Shown here: piece by piece, positions 17,679 through 26,305 of the stretch
Layout of the letters: each line of letters opens with the position of its first letter
Position numbering within the stretch: the stretch's first letter is position 1
Source of the DNA: a virus
Length of the DNA: 45,533 nt
Reading direction: 5' to 3' (one strand)
IMG/VR virus record: IMGVR_UViG_3300021405_000002
The notes under the pieces: model-generated
The model's database searches: none
Told to the model about the DNA's origin: nothing
Seen by the model: the letters and a program-made list of their open reading frames with translations, nothing else
Translations under genes and position numbers: made by a program

Positions 17679-19151
17679 TTAGCGCGTAACTGCGCTGTCT
17701 TCAAGGGGCGCGGCGAGTTTTAATTTGCTGAAAACTGCCTCGTAAAGATCCTCTTTCTTCTGCAGCGCCTTGACCACGCGCCGATCGATGTCCGAGCCGG
17801 ATAGATCGATATAGAGCACGTTCTCGCCGCGCTGCCCGCGGCGGTGGATCCGGTCCTCGTCCTGCGTGCGCGTATCGAGGCTGTAGGAGCTTTCGAAAAA
17901 GATCATCGTCGAGCAATGGTCGCGCGCCGCCGCGCCTCCTAACAGCGTGTGTCCGTACTTGATCGCTTCGCTCTGGCCGAGCATGTGCCGGCACTCCGAA
18001 TCTTCGTTGAAACGGCGCTTTTGCTCCGTCACTTCAGCGGGCTTCATCTGCCCTTTGATGTAAGCTGGGAAATGCCCCTTGAGCGCCGTCGCGAGAATCT
18101 CGAACGTGTAGCGGTGTCGGTAGATGATGATCACCTTGCCCTCGATCTGAGCAAGCAGATCGAGCAAAACCGCCAGGCGCGGGTTCTTTTCCGGTTCGAC
18201 CAGAACGCGCGGATCCCCATTTTCGTTGAGGATAAAACCGCACTGGATCTGCGACAGTTTCTCGTATTTCGAAACAGCGATGTTGACCGCGACGATCTCA
18301 GTTTCCAACTCGAGAAGAAATTCATCCCGCATTTGTTTGTACTGGGCCGCTTGTTCGCCACTCATCTCATAAGTGCGAATGGTGAAATCTTTGCGCGGGA
18401 GCTCCGGAAGCCAGTCGGCTTTTTTGGCCTGGAAGATTACTGGGGCCATGATTCGCGCGAGCGTGTCGGCGTTTTTAACCCCTATGACTTGCTTGTTTTC
18501 CCAGCCGCCCATCTGACAAAAATTATTGCGAAACGCCCAGAATCGGACGCCCTGGAACAGCCCGATCGCACGCAATTGGGGATAGAGGTCATGTGGCCCC
18601 TGTGTTTGTGGCAATCCGCTCAGGCAACGGACGATCTTCGCCTCGAGGGCGAGTTTGAGCGTCGCCTTGGTTTGCTCACTGTCGTGCGTCTTGATCTGGA
18701 TTGATTCGTCGATCGCCAGCATCGTCGGCTTGACTCGCATCCAAGCCATCACGCGCAGGAGAACCGCCGGCATCCGCACCGCTTCGTAATTGATGACCAG
18801 GATCGGCGGAGCGCCGTATTTCGTCGTAGCGAACCAGTGATCGTTAGCTTTCGAGCCCGAAACATAGATGAATGGCTGGAAGGCCAGCCCGTGCTTGAGT
18901 ATCTCCTCAATCCAGCCAGGTTTAAACGAGTTGGGCGCAATCACCACTAAACGCGTGACAACTCGATTCTTCGCTGCGCAGTCGAACTCAGCCAAGGTTA
19001 GGAGCGTCTTGCCGAGCCCCATTTCCATGAAGTAGCCGACGCCGCGCTTGCCCTCGCCAAATCTCAGCGCCGCTTCCTGAACCGGATCAAGCTTCACCGT
19101 CTGATTCTCGCCAAGAACTCGTTTCGCTGTGCGTCCGTCGTCGTGAGCCAT
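17679..19151 (-). CDS. SNF2-family helicase
   Basis: MGLGKTL (motif I), DESIQIK (motif II) and DRIHRRGQ (motif VI). Confidence 0.85.
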   Translation of the reverse strand: MAHDDGRTAKRVLGENQTVKLDPVQEAALRFGEGKRGVGYFMEMGLGKTLLTLAEFDCAAKNRVVTRLVVIAPNSFKPGWIEEILKHGLAFQPFIYVSGSKANDHWFATTKYGAPPILVINYEAVRMPAVLLRVMAWMRVKPTMLAIDESIQIKTHDSEQTKATLKLALEAKIVRCLSGLPQTQGPHDLYPQLRAIGLFQGVRFWAFRNNFCQMGGWENKQVIGVKNADTLARIMAPVIFQAKKADWLPELPRKDFTIRTYEMSGEQAAQYKQMRDEFLLELETEIVAVNIAVSKYEKLSQIQCGFILNENGDPRVLVEPEKNPRLAVLLDLLAQIEGKVIIIYRHRYTFEILATALKGHFPAYIKGQMKPAEVTEQKRRFNEDSECRHMLGQSEAIKYGHTLLGGAAARDHCSTMIFFESSYSLDTRTQDEDRIHRRGQRGENVLYIDLSGSDIDRRVVKALQKKEDLYEAVFSKLKLAAPLEDSAVTR

Positions 19152-19525
19152 AGGGCTTCAAGCGCATCCGCAGTCGGGGGATGATTGACGTTGTACTCGA
19201 CTAGTTCGAGCGACATGGTCCCTTTCATCGCGAGGCTTTCAAGCCTGGCGGCGTCGAGCGGCCGCTTTTCGCGGATCGTTTCGATGCGCCGAATATGGCG
19301 CTCAGAGATGTTGAACATCGTCGATCGATCCCGCTTCCCGATCCTGATCTTCCGATTCGGATCGAGAATCGAGAGCGCCGTGTCACGGCTGTAGAGGCGC
19401 ATGAGTGGGATGAAGCCAAGCTCGAAGGCGGCGATCGCGCGATGCGCTTTGTCGGCGTCGGTATCGCGCGGCCAGCGCATTTTCGTCCTGAGCGCGGCTT
19501 CCTTGACCTCCTCGAGGACGCCCAT
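19094..19525 (-). CDS. Hypothetical protein with possible HTH (FNISERHIRRIETIR)
   Basis: The ATG at 19525 lies just after the upstream stop. 143 aa. Confidence 0.45.
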   Translation of the reverse strand: MGVLEEVKEAALRTKMRWPRDTDADKAHRAIAAFELGFIPLMRLYSRDTALSILDPNRKIRIGKRDRSTMFNISERHIRRIETIREKRPLDAARLESLAMKGTMSLELVEYNVNHPPTADALEALWLTTTDAQRNEFLARIRR

Positions 19526-19526
19526 C

Positions 19527-19901
19527 TCAGCCGACTTGCTTCCATTTGCCGTCGCCCATGCGCTCGATGACGCCAACTTTGCGCAGTTCCTCGAGCCGCG
19601 AATTGACGGAATTTGCTGAAAAGCCGGCGGCCACGACTTTGGGCTGAAGGTCGAGCGCGCGCTTGGGTCCGGTCGAAAACTCCGCCATGATGATACCGTT
19701 GATGCCCTTCTTCAGATTCGGGCCTGGCGAGGCGCGCTTGTTGGTTTTCTTCTCCGCTCTTGGCAAGTGAAGCGTCGGCGCTTTCAATTTCGGCACGATT
19801 TCGGTGACCGAAACGTCTTCGACCGGCAGGAACTTGGCGATCATGGCGATCAGCGTATCGGACGCGATCGTGAACCCGATCTTGAATTTGACCTGGCTCA
19901 T
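19527..19901 (-). CDS. Winged-helix DNA-binding protein (putative)
   Basis: C-terminus GFSANSVNSRLEELRKVGVIERMGDGKWK resembles a wHTH recognition helix plus wing. ATGA overlap with the upstream gene. Confidence 0.5.
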   Translation of the reverse strand: MSQVKFKIGFTIASDTLIAMIAKFLPVEDVSVTEIVPKLKAPTLHLPRAEKKTNKRASPGPNLKKGINGIIMAEFSTGPKRALDLQPKVVAAGFSANSVNSRLEELRKVGVIERMGDGKWKQVG

Positions 19902-20179
19902 AGGCGGGCCTCGATGCCACAATTGACCTGGTGAACGATCGTTGCTGCGCGAATGAGATCAGCCAGGTCGCGCGATTCCATAAGGATCTCGACCTCCTTA
20001 TCGCAGAGCTTATGGGCTAGGCGTTCTTGGCGCGCGTCCGTGGTTTCGACCGGCGCAGCGACAGTTGGGCAGAGATTTCTCAGCGGTGATAAGAGAACCC
20101 AGACGGCGAAAAAACACACAGCAAGCACGGCGCACATGTTGAGCGCGCCTTGCCAAAACGCTTCCTTCTCTGGCGTCAT
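19898..20179 (-). CDS. Membrane-anchored hypothetical protein
   Basis: 93 aa with one TM segment (MCAVLAVCFFAVWVLL). Confidence 0.5.
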   Translation of the reverse strand: MTPEKEAFWQGALNMCAVLAVCFFAVWVLLSPLRNLCPTVAAPVETTDARQERLAHKLCDKEVEILMESRDLADLIRAATIVHQVNCGIEARL

Positions 20180-20520
20180 CGCGCGGCCCTCCGGATCTTC
20201 GCCATGCGGACAACGTGGCCCATAGAACGGCTAGGGATGACCGCTGGCGTGGGTTGGACGACGGAGGCCTCATTGATCGGGACGAAGCCCAGCTTGTGGC
20301 CCAGCGCGCGCGCCACGGCGTTGAGCGAGGCGGCTTGCGGGCGGCGCGTGTCTCCGGAGAACCAGTTCGCTAGCGTCTGTGTCGAGACGCCCGAATCCTC
20401 GTGGATCTGCTTGTAGGTCGCGCCGCTGCCCTGAACGACCGTTCTGAGCTCGTCGATAATCGGGTCTTTCTCGACGAAATTGTAGGATTTGTAAGTGAAG
20501 CCTTTAATCGTCATCGTCAC
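20176..20520 (-). CDS. XRE-type HTH transcriptional regulator (putative)
   Basis: YKQIHEDSGVSTQTLANWFSGDTRRPQAASLNAVARALG fits the HTH_3 pattern. Confidence 0.6.
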   Translation of the reverse strand: MTMTIKGFTYKSYNFVEKDPIIDELRTVVQGSGATYKQIHEDSGVSTQTLANWFSGDTRRPQAASLNAVARALGHKLGFVPINEASVVQPTPAVIPSRSMGHVVRMAKIRRAAR

Positions 20521-20882
20521 ACCATGAACTTGGGCGGGAGGGGGATATCGCGGTCGTGCGGCCGCCAGATGTGCAGCGTGTACGGGTGGCAGCTAATATG
20601 ATCCTTGGCGGTCAGATGCAGCTGCATCGCCGTGACGTCGCCAAGAAACGCCTTCTTGGCGATCTCCATCTCCGCCCAGGTGGGCGTGCGTTGCTGGCCC
20701 CTTACGGAGACGGAAATGTGGTCCCAGCCATCGCCATTGGAGGCGAGAACCTTGAGCGCGGTCATTTGGCCAGGCACCGGGATGATGAACGCGCCGTTGC
20801 CGCCGTCGCCATAGGAACCATAGCTCTCGAGCACGAAGGAATCGCGAAGCCGGAACTGATCGAGGTTGTGCAGGTCACGCAT
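20517..20882 (-). CDS. Conserved phage protein of unknown function (WDHISVS...PTWAEM motif)
   Basis: Start at the internal ATG 20882. The motif resembles a widespread phage DUF that I recall without a function. Confidence 0.5.
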   Translation of the reverse strand: MRDLHNLDQFRLRDSFVLESYGSYGDGGNGAFIIPVPGQMTALKVLASNGDGWDHISVSVRGQQRTPTWAEMEIAKKAFLGDVTAMQLHLTAKDHISCHPYTLHIWRPHDRDIPLPPKFMV

Positions 20883-21168
20883 TGCCAGTCCTGGCGACTT
20901 TTTCGACCAAGGTGCGCATGCCGCGCTCGATATCGACGACCGGCGGATCGTCGGTTCCAGGCGGCCTCGCTGCCTGAGCGTAATTGATGATCTCATCCCA
21001 ATGCAGGCTCTCGCCGGAAACCATGCGGGCGATCAAAGTCGTGATTTGGTCGAGAGATTCTTTAGCCGCCGGCGAAAGCTCGTCCCAAGACGAGCCAGTG
21101 CGAATCTGATACTTCATCGCCTGCGCGATGCCGCCGATTGCCGGATAGTTCACTTTATTTGTCGCCAT
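20875..21168 (-). CDS. Hypothetical protein (DUF6378-like helical pattern, tentative)
   Basis: ATG at 21168. 97 aa: AKESLDQITTLIARMVSGESLHWDEIINYA. Confidence 0.4.
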   Translation of the reverse strand: MATNKVNYPAIGGIAQAMKYQIRTGSSWDELSPAAKESLDQITTLIARMVSGESLHWDEIINYAQAARPPGTDDPPVVDIERGMRTLVEKVARTGNA

Positions 21169-21590
21169 ACAAGCCAGTCTCTCAGGGTTTCGGCGTGCGG
21201 TCCGTAGCCGCCGCCAGGGGGAAAGGAATCCGCCTTGGTCGCTGTTCTCGCCCAGTCGTGGATGAACATGACCTTGGTCTTTTTGTCCCAGCCGATCAGG
21301 GCGCAGATTCCGCCGGCCTTGATGTAACGCTCGCCTTCTTCCCATTGGCGCAGCGTCGGCGCGAACGACTGATGTTCGACGAGCTTGCCTTCAGCGAGCA
21401 GGTGTGGGTGATCGGGAAACTTGATTGCCATGTCCAATAGCCCAACGGCGCGTCTGTCCTCGTGCCGGCGGGCGTATGCTCCAAGGCGACGACAATCTGC
21501 CACAAGCTTAGTTTTAAGTGTGCTTTCAAGGTTCACCTCCCCATCCTCCAGAAGCGGTTCATTCGCGCTTCCACTTTGGTCGAAGGGCAA
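21150..21590 (-). CDS. VRR-NUC / PD-(D/E)xK nuclease-like protein
   Basis: E...LGAYARR...GLLDMAI...AEGKL...LRQWE...AGGICALI fits the E / (P)D / ExK / Q spacing of VRR-NUC. Confidence 0.5.
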   Translation of the reverse strand: MPFDQSGSANEPLLEDGEVNLESTLKTKLVADCRRLGAYARRHEDRRAVGLLDMAIKFPDHPHLLAEGKLVEHQSFAPTLRQWEEGERYIKAGGICALIGWDKKTKVMFIHDWARTATKADSFPPGGGYGPHAETLRDWLVWRQIK

Positions 21591-21762
21591 ACGTCATAAG
21601 GACGCGATTAGATTGCGCATCGTGTGCGATCAGGAGCTCGTGATGCAGAAACACGAGCTTGTGCTCGTTGACTTGCTGATGAAGGAGCTTCGTTATCGAA
21701 TCGAGAAAGCTCTCCACGCGCGCCTTTGTTTCCTCGATGGCAATCTCGACCTTTTCATTCAT
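21559..21762 (-). CDS. Hypothetical protein
   Basis: The ATG at 21762 overlaps the upstream stop (ATGA). 67 aa. Confidence 0.45.
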   Translation of the reverse strand: MNEKVEIAIEETKARVESFLDSITKLLHQQVNEHKLVFLHHELLIAHDAQSNRVLMTFALRPKWKRE

Positions 21763-21971
21763 TCGCCCTCGTCCTCCGCCTGGTAGAACTCGCAAACCGT
21801 CTGGTGAAGATCGAACGCAATCAACGCATCGACGATGAATTCAGCCTCGGGCATCGCCTGTCGCCAGAGCTCTTCCGGCAAGCGCCGACCGTTGGGATCT
21901 TTGATCAGGCCTAGCTTGCGCGCCGCTAGGCAGCGAGCAAGGAACTCAGAGAGCCTTATCGCCGCTCTCAT
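21759..21971 (-). CDS. Hypothetical protein
   Basis: 70-aa ORF, translationally coupled. Confidence 0.45.
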   Translation of the reverse strand: MRAAIRLSEFLARCLAARKLGLIKDPNGRRLPEELWRQAMPEAEFIVDALIAFDLHQTVCEFYQAEDEGE

Positions 21972-22138
21972 GGCTTCCGGTCCCTGATAAGATTAGCGAG
22001 TTCCCTAGCTTGCCTCGCTATGGGCTCCATCTGACGCGCGCAGTATTTGACCCCGTCTCGGTAACCCCAGAGATACGAAACGATCATCGCCACACTGACG
22101 AGCGCCGCAATAGCGAGGTTCTCCCAGTTGACGCTCAT
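21968..22138 (-). CDS. Small membrane protein (56 aa)
   Basis: The ATG at 22138 overlaps the upstream stop (ATGA). TM segment LAIAALVSVAMIVSYLW. Confidence 0.45.
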   Translation of the reverse strand: MSVNWENLAIAALVSVAMIVSYLWGYRDGVKYCARQMEPIARQARELANLIRDRKP

Positions 22139-22314
22139 GGCGCGGGCCGCCAGACAACGGGCGAATCCAGAAGCTTGCGCAGCGCTTCGCGGTCCACTGG
22201 ATCGGAAATCTCGGCAAGCCACTGGCAAGTGAGGCAGCGTTTACGCACCTGGCCAAGCGCGTCGTAAACGGGACAGCCGCAATCGACGCAGATGAAGGTG
22301 GGTTCGTCGCTCAT
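22135..22314 (-). CDS. 59-aa zinc-ribbon protein, absent from the ORF track
   Basis: Hand translation: MSDEPTFICVDCGCPVYDALGQVRKRCLTCQWLAEISDPVDREALRKLLDSPVVWRPAP. ATGA overlaps at both ends. Confidence 0.55.
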   Translation of the reverse strand: MSDEPTFICVDCGCPVYDALGQVRKRCLTCQWLAEISDPVDREALRKLLDSPVVWRPAP

Positions 22315-22904
22315 GGCTTCAACAGAAGTCCGAGCGCAGTTTGCAGCGCTCTCGAGGCTTGCAGGATGTGAAACTGAATGAAGTACGGATTGTAGTCGCC
22401 AACCTCGGCAAGTTCCCTTGCTCCCTCGGCGTGCTCGATCACGGCGTCGAGTGCCTCAGACATCACGTCGCGCTTGCCTGGGATCATCGCTTGCTTGAGA
22501 TCCGGCCGCTCGTGCTCCTCGATCGCCTGAATGACGACTTGGCATTCGGAGTCTACGACTGCGGGATGATCGCCAGCGGCTTTCGGATACTCGCTCATCG
22601 GCTCGACGCTGGGTGCGAAGAAAGCGTCTTGGAGATATTTGCGAAGCGCTTCAGTCGGGATCGGCTTCGACGTCGGCCGCAGCGTGCGCAGATGCGGATC
22701 CGACATGCGGGCAATGAAAGCTCTGCCCAAGTCGGGCACGAACTTGTCGTCGAAATTGCCGCCGCCAGGATGGCTGCAGGGGGCGTAAAAGGCCGCGCCT
22801 GGCGAGGCAACCGCATAGCCAAACTCGAGCCGCTGGAAGGCGATCAGCGGCGCTTTGCGCACCAGGTCAAGAAACCCACTATCGTCGATCTTGGGAAGAA
22901 TCAT
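22311..22904 (-). CDS. Hypothetical protein
   Basis: 197-aa ORF with good codon bias. Confidence 0.6.
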   Translation of the reverse strand: MILPKIDDSGFLDLVRKAPLIAFQRLEFGYAVASPGAAFYAPCSHPGGGNFDDKFVPDLGRAFIARMSDPHLRTLRPTSKPIPTEALRKYLQDAFFAPSVEPMSEYPKAAGDHPAVVDSECQVVIQAIEEHERPDLKQAMIPGKRDVMSEALDAVIEHAEGARELAEVGDYNPYFIQFHILQASRALQTALGLLLKP

Positions 22905-23061
22905 GCTTGCGTCTCACCAGACCGGGGTAAAACTTGGCGTACTTCGCCAGAATGCGTTTGGCGTTTTTGCGCGTCATCGGCTCCCCCCGACTGTCGTTGG
23001 CGAGCGCGATTAGCTTCTCTAAGCGCGCCAGCGTCGGACGATCGGGGGGAGTTTCCACCAC
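22879..23061 (-). CDS. Hypothetical protein
   Basis: 60 aa. It starts 3 nt after the upstream stop. Confidence 0.4.
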   Translation of the reverse strand: MVETPPDRPTLARLEKLIALANDSRGEPMTRKNAKRILAKYAKFYPGLVRRKHDSSQDRR

Positions 23062-23063
23062 AG

Positions 23064-24023
23064 CTAGAACGGGATATCGTCGTCGACAACGCCGGACTCA
23101 CCTCTGGTTTCGACTGGGCGAGCGCCACGTTCCGACATTGCGTCGCGGGGGGATGATGCACGACGCACTGTCGCCTCCCCATCGACGTCCTCGTCCTCGT
23201 CCGCCGTGGCGAAAGCGACGTTCTTCCACTGGTCGAACAGCGGCTCGGTGATCGCGGAAAGGGCCGGATCGGTGTAGCCGTCGCCGCGATATTTGTAGCC
23301 GAAGTAGGCTTCGCCGGTGGGCCCGCGGTTCTGCACCGCGACGACCTTGTAGCGCTGGAAGAACGGACTGAGCGGCCGCGCGTCGACCATGGCGAACAGC
23401 TTGCGCGCCTCTTTCACGCCCGATCGCGTGTTCAAGGTCAGCGCCAAAGTGTTCCACTCAGGCAGGAACCAGAGCACCTCGAAGGTCAGCGTCGCCGCCG
23501 GCGGGCTCGAGGGATCGTCGATGCGGCTCGAGCCAAACTCAGCCAAGCCCGATTCCTTGACCGTGCGCGCGAGCTTCCAAGTGTAAGTCTTGGGGTTCAT
23601 CGGGTAACGCACATGGAACTCGCCTTCCGGCGGATCCCAATGGATGAAGTCGCGGGCGCGGGCGAGAATGCCACGATCCTCGCCAGGCGAGCGCGGTGCC
23701 CAAAGGTTGTACGTCTGTCGGCGCATGATCGGCACGCCGATGAACTCAGGCCCAAGCGATTCGGTCAGCGTCGTGTGCCAGAATTCGCCCGCGCGGGCTT
23801 CGCCGGGATAATCGACGCATTCGGGGTTCGACGCCTGGAGGAGCTTGATGCGCGGCAGCATCCGCTGACGCGGATCGATTTCGCCCCAGCTTTCCACCTT
23901 TTGCTTCCCTTGCAGATGCGCCGGCAGCGCGTTTTTGCTGACCGGCGTGACATCGTTGACCATGACTGTCTTGCCTTCCCTGATCGTGTAGCGAGGCTTG
24001 GTCGCAGCGGTCGCGGCGCTCAT
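23064..24023 (-). CDS. Putative ssDNA-binding/recombination protein with bacterial SSB C-terminal tip
   Basis: The 319-aa protein ends in an acidic tail ...DEDEDVDGE...GVVDDDIPF. DDDIPF is the canonical SSB C-terminal peptide. The N-terminal body does not look like a classical SSB OB start. Confidence 0.5.
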   Translation of the reverse strand: MSAATAATKPRYTIREGKTVMVNDVTPVSKNALPAHLQGKQKVESWGEIDPRQRMLPRIKLLQASNPECVDYPGEARAGEFWHTTLTESLGPEFIGVPIMRRQTYNLWAPRSPGEDRGILARARDFIHWDPPEGEFHVRYPMNPKTYTWKLARTVKESGLAEFGSSRIDDPSSPPAATLTFEVLWFLPEWNTLALTLNTRSGVKEARKLFAMVDARPLSPFFQRYKVVAVQNRGPTGEAYFGYKYRGDGYTDPALSAITEPLFDQWKNVAFATADEDEDVDGEATVRRASSPRDAMSERGARPVETRGESGVVDDDIPF

Positions 24024-24514
24024 TTCGACCTCGTCAGCGACACATAGCGGGCGACAGACGTCTTGAAGACGTCGTCGGGCGGCTCTTTGCCCTTGTCCTC
24101 AGTTTCGCTGCGCGCCCATGCGCCCAGAGTTAAGGCGTTGATCGTCTCGATGATCATGCCGCCCTGTCCATTGTCGCGCAGGTATTTATAGCCCTTGGGC
24201 TTATCGAGGATTGAGCACGACCAACGGCGGTTAAGGCCGACGAGTCCATAACCGGGGATTCGGATGTTCTGGATTCCGTGCGCGTCGAAGCAGGCCGGGA
24301 CGCGCGTGTAGGAGAGATCTTTGTCGAGCTTATTAAGCTCAGAGATCGTCGACGCCATCGATTCGAGTTCTTCACGCATGTCGGCGTAGAACCTGACGAG
24401 ATCAGGGGCTTCGTTGACGCTGATGGCGGATTCGGCTTCTGCAAAGAGGGCGGCGCGGGCCGTTTCGAGCGCCTTTTTCGCCGCTTCACAGGCGGCTTGA
24501 GTCTCGGGTTTCAT
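24020..24514 (-). CDS. Hypothetical protein, N-terminal coiled coil (Gam/Gp157-like architecture, tentative)
   Basis: ATG at 24514 with GGAG upstream. ATGA overlap with the downstream gene. Confidence 0.45.
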   Translation of the reverse strand: MKPETQAACEAAKKALETARAALFAEAESAISVNEAPDLVRFYADMREELESMASTISELNKLDKDLSYTRVPACFDAHGIQNIRIPGYGLVGLNRRWSCSILDKPKGYKYLRDNGQGGMIIETINALTLGAWARSETEDKGKEPPDDVFKTSVARYVSLTRSK

Positions 24515-24571
24515 TGCTATCGTTGCTCCATGTTGCGGGGCTTCGCCGGCTTTCACGGCGTCGCAAGGCGC

Positions 24572-24599
24572 AACATATCGCTCGATAGAACAATGTCAA
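24572..24599 (-). promoter_or_regulatory. Sigma70-like promoter (TTGACA-16 nt-TATGTT), leftward
   Basis: The minus strand reads TTGACAttgttctatcgagcgaTATGTT in the 24515-24621 intergenic gap. Confidence 0.5.
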
Positions 24600-24621
24600 C
24601 GTTTAGTAGACGGCAAACTGT

Positions 24622-25350
24622 TCAGGATCGATTAAAAAGCCTGGATAAGTCGAGCGCCGTTGCCTGGCGGCCAAAACCGCTCGGGCCGTAACGCGACAAC
24701 GCGCCGCCTGACCAATCCTGATTTTGTGCGGCGATCGGGACAAAGGGCGAGTTGCCAGGCGCGGGTGCAAGCGCCGTTGCGCTGCCTGGGATCCGCGCGC
24801 CCGCTGGCCTATTCGAGCCTCGCGCCACGGCAGGGTTCGATACTGGCCGCGGCCGCGGCGGCGGCAGCGGAGCGGCAACGGCCGGATAAGCATCCGGCGT
24901 TACACCTCGGGCTTGCGGCAGAATGGACGGTCCAGGCGGCATTGGCGGCCCCATGACCGGCATCACGCCACGCGCTTGCGGCAGGATCGAAGGTCCGATC
25001 GGCGGGCTAGCGCCAGCACCGCCTGAACTTCCGCCCACAACCTGACCAGGCACCGGCGGAGTCGGAGCGCCTGGCGGCATCGGCGCGGGCGGTTGACCTC
25101 CGCTCACCAAGCCCGGAGGCACCGGCGGACCGCCGCCGGCGAGCGCCGCGGGCACCGGCGAAGGATTGTTGAGCGGATTGCCGTTGTTGCTCAGCGTGTC
25201 CGCCGCCGCCGGCTGCACCGGGTTGGCGTAATTCATGCTGCGCATGATCGAGGCTTGCGTCGCGGCTGGAAGGCCAGCGAGCCAAGACATAAAGCCGCCC
25301 TGGTCGCCGGTGCCGGAGTCAGGCGTATCGCCGGGAGCAAAGACCGCCAT
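24622..25350 (-). CDS. Proline-rich low-complexity protein
   Basis: 242 aa with high third-position GC in this frame and an internal repeat GPSILPQARGV(M/T)P x2. Confidence 0.6.
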   Translation of the reverse strand: MAVFAPGDTPDSGTGDQGGFMSWLAGLPAATQASIMRSMNYANPVQPAAADTLSNNGNPLNNPSPVPAALAGGGPPVPPGLVSGGQPPAPMPPGAPTPPVPGQVVGGSSGGAGASPPIGPSILPQARGVMPVMGPPMPPGPSILPQARGVTPDAYPAVAAPLPPPRPRPVSNPAVARGSNRPAGARIPGSATALAPAPGNSPFVPIAAQNQDWSGGALSRYGPSGFGRQATALDLSRLFNRS

Positions 25351-25355
25351 GGCCG

Positions 25356-25715
25356 TTATCGCTGCGGGCTGTTAACGCGCGGCGGCCCGAAATCGCTGGG
25401 ATACTGGGCCCCTTCGACTTGCGGCTGAACGTCTTCTGCAGGGGGGCGATCGTCATACTCGGCCTTAAACGCTTCGACGCCGATCGATTCGATGTAAGCC
25501 GAGCGCTCGCGCTGTTCGTCACCGATCGTCTTTACCGGCTCGGGCGGCGGATAAGCCTCGCCTTCAACGCGTTCGATCGGAAAGCGTCCGCCTCCGGAGG
25601 CGATGATGCGATTATCCTGCACCGCGGGCGGCGGATAATTGTCTTCCTCTGTGCGCAGAGGCGGAGGATCGCGGCGTTGCGGCTGTGGCGGCGGGCGTCG
25701 GGGAGGTTGAGCCAT
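25356..25715 (-). CDS. Proline-rich acidic protein
   Basis: 119 aa: MAQPPRRPPPQPQRRDPPP...YPPP motifs. Confidence 0.55.
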   Translation of the reverse strand: MAQPPRRPPPQPQRRDPPPLRTEEDNYPPPAVQDNRIIASGGGRFPIERVEGEAYPPPEPVKTIGDEQRERSAYIESIGVEAFKAEYDDRPPAEDVQPQVEGAQYPSDFGPPRVNSPQR

Positions 25716-25739
25716 GAATGGACTCCGGGTCAGGGCCCC

Positions 25740-26087
25740 TCAACGAGCATCCATCAAAGCGTGCAGCTTAGCAATGCCCTGAAATCGCTCGTCGCCGTCT
25801 GGACAGGGGATGAATTCGAGCGGCGGCAAAGCAATGTCGATTCGTTCCTCTGTGCTGAACCGTTCGCTACTGTGTTGAACCGGCTCAGTACGGCGCGGCG
25901 CGAGCGCGGTGAAACACTTTTGAGGTTTGGGATAGTGCCAGACTGAAAACAGGTGACATTTCGCAGCCGCGGGGTTTGGCCACATCGACGTCATGGCCAG
26001 AAAAAGGATGCAGGGGCGGCGGAGTAGGGCTCCCCGACGATGGAGACTCCGCACACAGCGCCGTCGCGCTGGCCCCTGCAAGCTCAC
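25740..26087 (-). CDS. Small secreted protein (signal-peptide-like N-terminus)
   Basis: The ATG at 26087 overlaps the upstream stop (ATGA). Arg-rich n-region, hydrophobic core CILFLAMTSMW, then PAAA. Confidence 0.45.
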   Translation of the reverse strand: MSLQGPARRRCVRSLHRRGALLRRPCILFLAMTSMWPNPAAAKCHLFSVWHYPKPQKCFTALAPRRTEPVQHSSERFSTEERIDIALPPLEFIPCPDGDERFQGIAKLHALMDAR

Positions 26088-26305
26088 AGAACTTCGTCCT
26101 CAAGCTCCTTAACCTTGGCTTTGAGCTTGTCGACATCCATGGTCAGGATCTCGAGCCCCTGCAAGTAGGTTTCGCCCAAGCCTTTCATTTGAATCTCGAG
26201 CGCTTTCGCCAGGCGCTCGCCGCGCGCCATGAGCATGCCCAACTCAATCGCGCAGACCAGGCCGATGCCGATGATCACCAAGTCGAGCGTAGTCGTGAGC
26301 GTCAT
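26084..26305 (-). CDS. TM plus coiled-coil small protein
   Basis: 73 aa: LDLVIIGIGLVCAIELGMLM followed by heptad-like KLKAKVKELEDEVL. Confidence 0.5.
   Translation of the reverse strand: MTLTTTLDLVIIGIGLVCAIELGMLMARGERLAKALEIQMKGLGETYLQGLEILTMDVDKLKAKVKELEDEVL

Noticed and set aside
19225-19920. 231-aa minus-strand ORF overlapping the wHTH and HTH genes
   Set aside because: It is an extremely Arg/Ser/Ala-rich alternative frame. The two shorter ORFs in other frames have sensible sequences and coupled start-stop codons.
24880-25000. Direct repeats (…cttgcggcag[a/g]at[g/c]ga[c/a]ggtcc…) as a possible CRISPR-like or satellite array
   Set aside because: There are only two imperfect copies, and they correspond to a duplicated peptide unit (GPSILPQARGV) inside a coding frame. 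No repeat-spacer architecture exists anywhere in the window.
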